The position numbers and the translations under genes are program-made. A stretch of DNA of 59,164 bases, filler included, from Sphacelaria rigidula (taxonomy: Eukaryota), in NCBI GenBank assembly GCA_964200075.2. It is 4 parts of 4 records of this genome, joined end to end, with 100 filler letters (N's around TTAATTAATTAA, not from the genome) between each part and the next. Parts side by side here need not be neighbours in the genome. Positions count along the whole stretch, not along the records: positions 14,820 to 29,537 come from CAXNAA020002077.1; positions 29,638 to 44,354 come from CAXNAA020002078.1; 2 more parts are not named here. One strand, written 5' to 3'. The notes under the pieces were generated by a model. The model saw nothing but the letters and a program-made list of their open reading frames with translations, had not been told where the DNA came from and did not search any database. Below are positions 23,524 through 34,693 of this stretch, in pieces (within the stretch, counting starts at the first letter, position 1; each line of letters starts with the position of its first letter).

Positions 23524-26500
23524 TTATCCTCCCATGATGATGTTGTTTATCGGAATGTGAATGAGCTTCACGAAGAAACCGATGAACCCCATCACCAAAA
23601 ACCCCACGGTCGTGGCCTTCGCCACTTGCATGAACTCTGAGGAGGGACAACGGGGCGTAGAGCGAGGGTAGCAAAAGACGGTGGCCGTGAGGGCAGGCGG
23701 GGGCGATGAATGGTCGAGACAAAAACTTGAGTGTGGGTGAAGTGTCGTGAAGGTCGCAGCCGGGTACAACCAAATCTTGATGCCAGCATAGAGTTATCCT
23801 ACTCACTTGGAACCTCAGGTTTATCATGGTCCCTGATAGACTGAAAGCCGACAAGCAGTGCGAACGTTGAAATATGACACGATGTCTCAAGTTCAAGTTA
23901 CGTGGAATAGTCGGCAAACTTTTCACGCTGTGCTCTCGAGTACGGGAAATTCAATTCAACTGGAGGCTCTGCCAAGCTTTTTCCACGGAAGAAATTCCCA
24001 AAGGTGCGAGAGTGATATGGGGGCTTCCACACACGTACAACGGGTGTCGAAACGATCAAAATTGAGGCTTTGCGCTCTTTTTCCCACACCAACAAGGACT
24101 TTGCCCGTAATACAGGCATCGGCGACCAGCCTGTGAGTACAGCTCTCGTAGCATAGCTGACTCGTGCTGTAAATCGGTGCCCCACACTGCACACAACAAA
24201 GATTAAATAATTCTGATCGGATATGATCCGCTTCCATTGTTTTGCTTTACAAACAAAACTTCTCGGGGTCGTGAACTGGCTGCTAATTCAACTGGTTAAC
24301 TAGTCGGTTGTGCAACCAGTTGACCAGATATTTGACCGGGTATTTGTGTCATACTCGAGTGAAATCAATTTCACCACCCCTTTTTCTCGACCGAAAAAAA
24401 AGTGCCAAGACACGCCCTGAAACGCCCCTCCGTACTGCCGGATGACAGTTTTGAAACCGGTATTGAGGGTAAGGCAGGTACCCGGTACTGGTATTTGAGA
24501 CATCTCATACACTAGTGATACCGGTCCAATCGGGTATTTTCAAATGCCACACCTACGATACCTACGATACCACGGTATTTCGAGGTACTAATACCTATCG
24601 TACCCGCTCAATCGTATATTTTCAAATGCCACACCTACGATACCACGGTATTTCGAGATACTAATACCTGTCGTACCCGCCCAATCGTATATTTTCATAT
24701 GTCATATCTACGACCTACGATACCACGGCATTTCGAGATTTCCAAGGTTGTGTTGTGTAAGGTACGGGTACGTTCTGTACGACATGAGATTCCGTACAGA
24801 GTTTACAGAACTGTCGGGTACCGGTTTGGAAGTCTCACAGAGTTCACAGAACTGTCGGCTACCGGTATGAAAGTCTTACAGACTTTACAGGACTTGTCGG
24901 GTACGGTATGGGAAGCTTACAGAGAACCGGTACCGGCAGTCGGGTTCCTCTTTTCTAAAATACCCGCCCTTCGGGTTGTAAATGTAGTTTACAGAACTTA
25001 CAGAACTATCGGGTAAGGGTACGAAAGTCTTTCAGACTACAGAACTGTCGGGTACGGTACATACCCGGAAAAATACCCCGGGTATACTGCGGGCTGTTTG
25101 GGTTATGGGTATATTGGTGGTATGCTCCTTGCACTCTGTGACCACGGGTTTGAGAGATCGAGCTAATGTGATGGATATAATAATAATAATATAATACAGA
25201 AAACCGTACCATACAGAACACAACCTTGGAGATTTCCGTACCTACCGTTCAGGTATTTTCAAAACTCATACCTACGATACCCACGCATACCACGGTATGG
25301 GGCACCCCGGTAAATACCGGAGGTACGCTCGGTACTTTACCTCACCTACGGTGCCTGTGGAATATTGCGTACCCACGACATAGTGGCCTTTCACTGTTGG
25401 GTATGATGTGAGGAAAAATCCCAGATAATGTGACGAGGTACCGAAGCGACCGACTCAAAGTACGAGCTGGGCCAGCCAAGAGTAGGCGCGAACCTGGCTC
25501 AGGCCACGGCGAGATATCAGGAGTTGGACGCTGAAATTTCAACAGCAGCTCATTTTGACCGAAATGCAGAAGATCACGAGAGCAGCAAATAAAAAAATAA
25601 AAGATGAGGAAGTTATGGGGGTTCAAAATTTCAGGAAAAAACTAGATAATGCCTCAAGTCCAGGAAAAAGAGGAGAATCTGGTAGGTGTCAGTTTCTTGG
25701 GTGCAGAAGGTCTTCCTGAAATTTCAGCAAAAGACTCGTCGAATTGGGCCGTGCGTTCGACATTTTCCGTGACCTGCTGCACCCCACTAACACCCAGAAG
25801 TGTTATTTCCTTTTCGATAATATAGAGGCATGAGTGCCGGAGAATATGTACCTTCTAGTAGTTACTGTCATATTCCGAGGTTTCACTTGTCTGAGCCCAA
25901 GACTAGACATCATCACGGAAAGAGGGATGGGCACTTCCAGCACCAAGGGCTCGCCTCACGGGCGGATTGCGTATGTGGAGGAAGCTGTATCACTTACGAG
26001 TTATGTAACAGCATAGATCGCAAGCGGTTTATGCTGAAAAATCATGCCACGACGATAATACACGAAGTTCGTGGAGGGTTATTTACATGCGGGCCCCACC
26101 CCGTGCGCACTGGTCTGAACACATATGAAACAGTACGGTCAGTACAGCACATCATATGCTGCTTACCGCCTGTGTTTCACTGCGCACCGCCCTCGGGAGT
26201 GAGGCCTGTAGCGATACAACGTGCTCGATGCTGTGAGTGAAATACGCCTCCGCTGCTATCCGCTCCTATAATCAATGCCAGTATGTTGGGCGAAGGTCGC
26301 TGTGGACACAGGAGCTATGGCGCGAAAGCTTGCTGTTACCTTTCGCGGCGTAGGCATTTCTGGACCGTCTCAAAGTATACTGCGCGCATTCGACGCCGTG
26401 CTGCCTTCGGCAGTCGACAACAGATTTCAGTACTGTGCGCAGTACACTTTTTTCAAAGCTGAACAGAAATATCTCGTCCATCGTTGTACATTTTCACATA

Positions 26501-28371
26501 TAAACTTGGGCAGTGAGACCGTGGCTTGTCGCCAAAGTATGGCCGAAGTGCAAGTGAGGCAATCACCGTTATATTCACGATTAAAGCCATTGCGGAGATA
26601 ATCTAAGTTGATAAGGCTAGAAGAATACCAGTGCAACGCCAACCCCGGCTGCCAGCCTGTTTGCACCTCCGTCACGGTAGTGGTAGGACTGTCTGTACCG
26701 GGATGTCGCCTCCAGTACCAGGTACGCCGGCAAGGGCCCGTCGCGCTGCCCACTGGGCGCGCGACAGGAGCTCACACTTCGACTGCCGACCGTTTTGGAG
26801 CGGAAACGTTCGCCTCCCAACCCTCATATATATACAGCGGATCATAAACGATGCTTGTTTGCTGGGTTTCTTCGAGCGTTAGCCCATAACTGAGTGAAGA
26901 TTGATGATGAGGCCGGCAGGATCCATGCACATTCAGCGTAGTCAACTGACACTGTACCCACTATAATCGACATCAGACAGCAGGGTGTTAAAAAAACAAA
27001 AATCGGCGCGCGGTGATCCACCGTATCGATGCAGACCGAGCCATGAGCGACTTCCCCTGCCGCCGCTGTGACTGTGACACCTTCCTCTAATACCAATATA
27101 CACATCCTCCGAGTTTCGGCGTCATCTGACACGACGTGCGGATTCCCTTCACGCCCAAGTTGCCAAAATACAGCCTCCATATTATGGAAAAGGAATAACA
27201 CTGCCCAGTGCGGGGTGATTGCTGACGTGAACCCGCCGCAAAAAAAAAAACGCACTCCGATACGCTATCGCTTAACGATAGCAGACCCACACTGTACTCT
27301 ATGCAGTACAATAACATCATCGGCAATACGACGCCAATCGAACAGCGACTCAGTCCTTCGTCATCGGGTTGGTCAGCAATTCACAGTGATATGCTTACAT
27401 CGAGTTCATTCGGGAAACTGGGGAAGCTATGGTGTGAGCAACTTCAAGCAGCTTTTAAGCTGGCCCAGCTTGTACTATAACCTAGTGAAGGGGTGTGCAA
27501 GGGCAATACCCGTGTCTGGTGCGAGACACGGAATGAGCTACACTTTCCTCCTTTGCTCATGGACTGCGTGCTTAGCCCAAAAACAATCACCTGCAGTACT
27601 CTGTTGTACAAACATGTCGGGTCCATGAGGTCATTGGTTGATCAGGTTGTCATGTACGGGCCGGACTTCTGTCTAATACGAGCATTTTATTCGGAATTGC
27701 TGAAAGTCACCTCGTCTTTGTACCTCACAACTCTTCACCACAATACTACACAGGGATCATTTCCTGCGCTGAATATTGATCGCACCGCATGTATGGAAGA
27801 CGTCGATAACGGACTGGTCGTGATGCAACGTCTATCTCAAGAACAGTCTCACCGGGCGCAGGTAAGAAAAGGAACGCGAAGCAAATATTGGGTATCGGAT
27901 TTATACAAACAGCGGAACAGCCAAGGCGGAGTCCCGTCCACCGTTACCCACCACTCGGGTATGCGGAACGTGCGGCGATTAGGGTTCCATTTTCTGCCAG
28001 AAGGCTTCATCACGTGTAATCAGACCAAGACGAATATTCCATCTAGTTATACTCGATGCCTCTTCTACGTTTAGCTGCGGCGGTATGAGGGTGTGCGCCA
28101 CACGCCCGTAGCATAGGATGTGAGGTGACTGCGGAAAATATCGTTACCGCACGGTACTGTACTGGTCTACTGTATACTATACTACTGTCTGTCGTCTGTC
28201 CTGTGTGTGTGTAGACCGTGCTGTTACCAGAGGGGTATGCTTGAGCGTTTTCCCAGTTACATCCCAAAACTCACCTTTTCGATCCGGCTTGGTGCATCTC
28301 TTGATGAGGTGCATAGAGTCCTTAGAGAACTTCTGCAGGGGCGTGATCAGTAGCTCATTGACGTCCGACAT
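23524..28371 (-). CDS. SEC61G: Protein transport protein Sec61 subunit gamma (69 aa), 2 exons
   Basis: Exon 1 28371-28275 ([32 protein letters not shown]) plus exon 2 23636-23524 ([37 protein letters not shown]), joined by a phase-1 GT-AG intron 23637-28274. [10 protein letters not shown] and [17 protein letters not shown] are hallmark Sec61-gamma motifs. Confidence 0.97.
24527..24742. repeat. ~72-bp tandem repeat (3 units) within a larger repeat element in the Sec61-gamma intron
   Basis: Unit CAATCGTATATTTTCAAATGCCACACCTACGATACCACGGTATTTCGAG(G/A)TACTAATACCT..CGTACCCGC. The motif resumes after the nested hAT MITE. Confidence 0.8.
24743..25228. mobile_element. hAT-like MITE, 486 bp, 8-bp TSD GAGATTTC
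   Basis: TIRs CAAGGTTGTGTTGTGTAAGGTACGG / CCGTACCATACAGAACACAACCTTG. GAGATTTC at 24735-24742 and 25229-25236. Confidence 0.85.
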
Positions 28372-28592
28372 GGTCTTGGTTGGGTGTCAAGTACGTGTCC
28401 GCCTCAGTTGAAAGCAGGGGGCGGGCGAGCCACCATTCAAATAATGACCTAAGATGCGTAGCACCACACGTCTCGATTTAATTGGCTGGGCGTTTTGTAA
28501 TCACACCGCATGTGATTGTTGCGCACTTTGAAGTCTAGTCCTCACCATCGAATGCAGAGTACGCAACGCTCGATCATCTAGGGGTTTCTCCA
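28372..28592. promoter_or_regulatory. Probable bidirectional promoter between Sec61-gamma and SerRS
   Basis: Divergent ATGs only 221 bp apart. Contains a GC box (GGGGCGGG) and an ATTGG (reverse CCAAT) motif. Confidence 0.5.
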
Positions 28593-28908
28593 ATGGTTAC
28601 TCGTGGGGCACGGGTCATGGCAGTAGCTGCCTTTGCGACGACTCGATGCAGTGCTTTTTTTCATAGTGGCTCCAGGATGGTTAGACCCGTGTCGCGAGCT
28701 GGTACACATTTCGCTAGACCCCTCACAGGAGCGATACCCCAAGTTGAACAGATGACTCAAGCTCGTGAACATGTCAACGGCAGAGTCAATGCGGATGACC
28801 TATCGCTGGACACATTGCTCATCTCCAAGAACCCCGATTTGGTGCTAGGGCATCTGAACGCTAGGAGGATGGGGCAAGAGAGCACGGACGCGGTGCGCAG
28901 GATTGGAG
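28593..28908 (+). CDS. serS: Organellar seryl-tRNA synthetase, first exon (remainder not seen before contig end)
   Basis: N-terminal extension with CSAF motif, followed by LDTLLISKNPDLVLGHLNARR, matching the SerRS N-terminal LDxxxIRxNPxxVxxxLxxR pattern. GT donor at 28909. Confidence 0.75.
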
Positions 28909-29537
28909 GTAACCCATAGCTAGCGCACAAAATATGCGTAGATACTGACTGTCACAAGGCGGCACCGTGAAGTGTCGACTGGTACGGCACTACAATACCG
29001 GCATATCGGCAGCGATGGTTAGTCATGCGCTCGTGTGCTGGACAAATTCGCCATGCACCGTATCGACGCAGCTGTATCCGGCCTCCCATGCGCATGACAC
29101 ACCCACGAAAAATGTGCATGACTTTTACCAGCTTCGAAGTCGATAGCTGTACGAAAGCGATGGCCGTCTTGGAAGTGGCTGCAACAGGCGAACCGCGCGA
29201 GATTAGTCCATCCGGATCATGGATACTGTTTTCGTGTGAAATTGATGCCGATTCAATAGATGACCTATGATTGTCGCCGTGTAAAGGTTCCGGACGGACT
29301 ACGTTCGCGGTAAGACAGCGAGAGGAGGCCATCTCTTCAATTGACATCAATTTCACTTGAACAAAAGTATGCATGGTCCAGATGGACTACCTTCGAGGTC
29401 TAAGGGTTAAGGGCATGGAGCTCCAGGCCAGCGCCGCAAAGATTCTGACCAATCTGTACTGTTAGGGATGCGAATCGGGGGGGGGGGGGGGGGCGCCTGA
29501 GGGTTTGCCTTGCCCTTGTAGACAATTGTTTTGACCA

Positions 29538-29637
29538 NNNNNNNNNNNNNNNNNNNNNNNNNNNNNNNNNNNNNNNNNNNNTTAATTAATTAANNNNNNN
29601 NNNNNNNNNNNNNNNNNNNNNNNNNNNNNNNNNNNNN
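29538..29637. other. Artificial contig spacer (44 N + TTAATTAATTAA + 44 N)
   Basis: Same 100-bp structure. Confidence 0.98.
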
Positions 29638-31226
29638 CTCATGTTACGAACAACGGTCTTTTCTAGCTTCAAACAGTTCAATTCTTGTACACACATAATC
29701 TTTCTGTTGATTTCTGTTCATCTGATATTAAACAATAAAGTCACCAAGAGATCGGCTCACCACACGGGAAAAGAGCCGAATGTGTGGGCACCGGGGTTGG
29801 AGTTGGCGCGTGGATTCCCTTGTGCGCAGTGTGCCGCATCAGGTACAGTGTGGGAAGCGATGGCCCAGGACAGGTACTTTCTGGGCCGACTGGTGGCCCA
29901 GATAAGTAAGGTACGATTGGAAAATAATTCCTAGATCAGGTATACCTGGCCGTTTTTTTTTTATTTCGCCTAGAATGGGGAAGTGATTTCTCGAGGCGAG
30001 ACGTCCTTCTGCGCTTTCGGCCATATCTCGCAAGTAACATGTTTTTTCTAACGTTTTTTTTCGAGGCCCGGGTGCCGAGGAGCCCCCCGATTGCTGTGCG
30101 TGAAAAACTCGGAGCGAAGTCGGTCTAGATTGTGTGTTTTGCTGTTTTCGCGTGCCTGGTCATTTATCGTACGCTTCTAAGGCAAAATACGAGAAGGTAT
30201 ACCTTTTCTAGGCCAGTGTCCTTTTCTTCTTCACTGGTTTTAACCGTTTTAGTATACCCTAAAAACCATATTTTCACCAGAACGTCCTAACATCTCCCCC
30301 CCCAAAAATCCTATAAATGCCAAAGATCGCAATCCTAACACTTGAGCTGAAAAACTGAGATGAGGTTCAAGAGCAATGTCCATTTTTGTTTTTGACTCTC
30401 CTCAAAAACAAAGAATACAAGAAAAAATGCAAGAATGGGAAGATGACAAAAGCAGAAGTTTGTCATTGAACACTAGCGATTCTCCCTCCGGAATGTCAGA
30501 GCACAACTCTCAGAAACTGAGACGCGAAATTTAGTGCACTTAGTGCCTCTGCTCGCAATATACGAGTATCGATTTCCTGTGGTGAGGGAATCGATCGTTT
30601 CCCCGTGCTCCAGGGAATGTCCGCACCAAAAATCGTCATCATCCGCTCTTTACGTCGTTCGGGTCGGGTTTCATACATACTCACTACACTAGACGTGGCG
30701 TTTAATCAACGAGAAAAAAATGGCCCGGACTTTTGAGCGGATGGGCACCAAAAACGATTCCGAGGGAACAGCGCCACGAGTCCCCTGTTGCAGTGGTGTC
30801 CTGCAAACTATAAATGCCAAAGATCGCACGCATCTGAGCGCTTTGCTATTGTTCCCGGTGATGGTCATGGCTTTTGAACGAAATTGAGGACACCTAGATT
30901 TGTGAAGTACATACCTTCACATGCATTCCCGACTCCGACACTTGCAATTCGAACAGACCAATGAGCTGAAACCTTGCGCCCATCTCTCGTTGTTCCATCT
31001 CTTCTGGACAGGTTTGAAGCACCCGAGTCATTCGGATGGCATTCCTGCCCGACACATGCCACATCCGTGGTTGAGGGTAGATGTCGACCGACAGACTTCA
31101 AACGTGCAGTAGCGGTGGAAATTCTGAGCGGAATCTTCGGGGGCTACGTCGACTATCGAGGCGCAGCGCGGAAAGGGCTAAGTCCCCTGTCACTACTGTA
31201 CCAGTGCACCAAACCGTCACTCGGGG

Positions 31227-34200
31227 GTGCCAAGCGCAACCGCTGATGGAGTAGTTGTAGAAAACCAGGGGGCGGCGGAGGAACGAAACGACCGGCGCAG
31301 CGCAGAGTCAAAGCTGACAAGTCGATCGGGTCGATCGGGCAGGGAAGGCGCGATTTGTGAAGTCTCGAGTACGTCGGCGTCAGAACAAAACACCCGAGAG
31401 TTATTGCCGTCGAATCGGCCGATAATTATCGAGGAAGCCGACTCCGCCCCGCGCGAAGGCGGGGGAGCTGCCGCGGGAGACTCAAGGGGGCTGGGAATTC
31501 AACTCCATGTCCGAAGGCAAAGAAAAGGCGTGCAAAAGCACCGGGCGCCGCGGCAATACCACCCGTACCACCGGACGTCGTCACTGAAGCACAACCTGTG
31601 GGCGCCGCCGCAGCATCGCATCTGCGAAAGAAGCATAGGGCAGCGTCTCCACTTGACATCACGCAGGTGGCGCCCTCCGCCGGCAAAACAACACCGGATC
31701 TGCGGGGGCGACAGAGTGTGCCAGCACAAGTCAGCAGTCATCGCCACCGCCAAGCCTCCGTCTTCGGACCCCGTTGTTGCTGAACGTTGCAAGTGTCGTG
31801 GGGAGGGCTGCGCCTCCGCGGTGACGCACGTTATCGCGGGCACTGGGAGACCAATGGTCTGTGTCTTCCACGCCGCTACGGGATTGGTAGGTTTCCGTGA
31901 ATGTGGACAAGGACTGCTCCCATCCAACACAAACAACGGAAAAGCGCCGGCGTCCGCCGCCGGCGCCGGAGGAGCAGTCGGCCCTGCCGACGGAGCACCG
32001 GCCGCCGTCAGCATGGGATCCTCCACCACCGTCGGCGCAGCCCCAGCGGCGGCCGCTGGTAACCGAGTAGGGTCGGCCACTGTTATTGCATCAGCTACGC
32101 CCCCCAGCCCCGGAAGAGCGCCAGCAGCTGAGCGCCGGCGTGGCCAACGCGGTGACGACCGTGAACTCCTGGACAAAACCGTGGAGCAACTTGCAGAAGA
32201 GTTCCGCGACGTGGTCAACACATTGAAGGTACATGCGAGAAGGGAGGACATTTCCCTCAGTCGAGCGTGGGTTCGGGCGCGAGCGGACAACTACAAGAGC
32301 TCAAGTGGGAGAGCTTCTTCCTTGAGTAATACCCGATGTATATGGCGTTGTGGACGGGCCTATGCACGGGCAAGTTCCTGCTTCGGCTGGTGGGCCTTCA
32401 CTTCATGGCAGCCATATTCTGTATGATAGGTAAATACCGTTGTCACTTGCTGGTTGTTCTACCTGATACACGTGGCACAGATGCAAGAATCGGACTTGAA
32501 GGTTGTGGAACAGCTATTATCTGTGTCCTTGCGCGACGTCTGGAATTGGGCAAGGGTAGGGTTCGATGATCGACAGCAGATGGCGAACAGGTTCTTCAAA
32601 AAAGACATTAACAAGAAGACCGGTACTGCGCTGGAGGAGCTCGCTCCTATCGCCGGATGCCGAGACATGGCGGACGGAGAGGTGAAGTAGCAACTGTTCT
32701 TCGGAGAGGGCGCCTGGCGGAACACTGCAAGGGAGCTGTTCATCAAGCGCCATCCCCATGTGACTAAGGTACATCAGAAGCTACACAGCATCTCCGCCTT
32801 TATACTGGGTGACACCTCCGTGCGCTGGACGGGCGAGTGCTCAGAGGTTGGCGGGAAGTGGCCGTTCTGTCGTGCTCTGACGTGTATCAGAAGAAGGTGG
32901 ACGGTAGTATGGCGTGTTACGTGTTCGGCGACAAGACGAAGAAGGACGCAATCGAGAATAACGTATACTACCCCGCCGCAAAATATAATGATTAAACTGA
33001 CCAGGAGTCAAGGTCGGAACTCGGCGTTGGATTTCAGCAGCAAAGGTAGCATAATGTACACGCAGGAGCCGCTGACCGCCTCGCGAGGGATCGTGAGGGT
33101 GCCCAGTAACTCCTAGAAGGAAAAAGGGGGGTACTTCTCAAGCTCGGAGCGCGCGTCCCGTTCAGCATCCTGAAGTGCAATGGAGGTGAGAGGGGTATCT
33201 GCTACCGACCTGTGGTCTGGTGGCGATAGCGCTGGTAAATGAGCACACCCATCCCTGCCTCCTCAGCCGCGGGCAACTAACAGCCTGCCTCTGCCCGTCG
33301 TTGCTGAAATTCTATGAATGTTGGTGGGCTACTATTAATCTTTTTCGCATGTATTCACAGTGAGAATCCCGAATAGGCAGACTGACTGATGCATTTCTCC
33401 CTGACGCTCGTTCATCTTTGCCTCATGCCGCCCCTCCGACACCGCTTAACGCGGTCCCACCGTCTTGTCTGCTCAGGTTTGGGACACTCCAGCAAAAATC
33501 TAGTCATGTACTGGATGGTATCCACCTGCTTCGCTGCAGACCAGCTAGATCCGTACTCCGCAGTGCAGGTTCATGACGTCGACTACGCCGTGGAGGCGCA
33601 CAGGGAACCTGCTCAGGTCGTTACCGATGGCGAGTACCCAGCAGTCGAAGCCCACGATGCGGTGGAGGTGCGTACTAGATGGAAGGACACCGGGACCGAG
33701 CTGTTGGTGCTTGCATACGATGATCCCGAGACCGTGGGAAGTATTGAGACGCACGAGCAACGAGCACGAGCGGATTGGCTCCAAGTCACGACACAAAGTT
33801 ACACCCCACGTCAACGACAGCCCTTTCTTGAGGGCCAGGCTTCCAGAGTTCGCTTTTCGAGGACAACAGGCTCATGCGGAATTACCTGGTCAGCGGTACT
33901 TTGAAGCGAGTACTACTCGATAACAATACTGGACCCTTGATCGTCACGCGTGCGGCCAGAACACCGTCTGCCCTGAGTGTCACCCCAACGGCTGAGGCAG
34001 GAGTGGAGGGCGCGCTGAACGGGAGCGTGGGGAGCCTCGACGACGGCGGCCGGTGGACGCGGGTCTGTGGTGGCCACGGCATCCTGCATGGGTGCCGCGT
34101 GTTAGAGCCCAGACACGCCTGTCCAGGGATTCTGCGCCGCGGAAGTTACAAGCGGGCGAGGTATGGCGGGAATAGCTGGCGGTGCGGGTGCCGTAGGCGA

Positions 34201-34693
34201 TAGAGCGGCAGGATCCGCCCAGCAGTTGACGGCGGCGGCGGTAGCAGGCGAACGAAGGGGCGGGAGAGCGACGGCGGTAATGGCGGACGCGGCTGGATGC
34301 GGCGGTGTTGTTGGCTACCGGTTGGGGGAAGCGACCCGGCAGTCGAATGCAGCAGTGGTGCTGAGCGAGCATCAGAAGAGGGTGGCGGGGGAAGTGATGG
34401 TAGCAGCGACAGGCACGAGGGTCGCTGGTGGCGGACTGGCAGCGGTTGCCCACCGGTCGAATCCAGCGGCAGCGTCAGGCGTGGGAAGGGGGGGACGGAG
34501 CGGCGATGCTGCCGGTGGCGGCAACTGTGGCGGACGAAGGTATTGATGGCAAAGGTCTAGCAGGGGCGATGCCGCGGGCATATCTTGCGGTGATGAGGGC
34601 GGGCGGACAAGCGGGGCGGCGCTGACGCTGACGATGGGATGCAGCGGGTCGGAGAGAAAGGACGCGGCAACGGAAGTGGGCAACGATGATGAT
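31227..34693 (+). pseudogene. Decayed GC-rich spliced gene of unknown family, possibly TE-borne
   Basis: Successive protein-like segments in shifting frames with internal stops (e.g. TAG 32688-32690) and splice-like sites (GT 32430/AG 32480; GT 33186/AG 33476). Ala/Pro-rich N-terminal and Gly/Ala-rich C-terminal regions. Confidence 0.5.

Noticed and set aside
24527..24742. Regularly spaced repeats resembling a CRISPR array
   Set aside because: Whole units repeat with no unique spacers, in a eukaryotic intron with no cas genes.
25830..28074. Several 100-190 aa ORFs inside the Sec61-gamma intron as a nested gene
   Set aside because: No recognisable domain or consistent splice phase.
31499..32290. 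263-aa minus-strand Ala/Pro-rich ORF
   Set aside because: Most likely the antisense shadow of the GC-rich plus-strand decayed gene.
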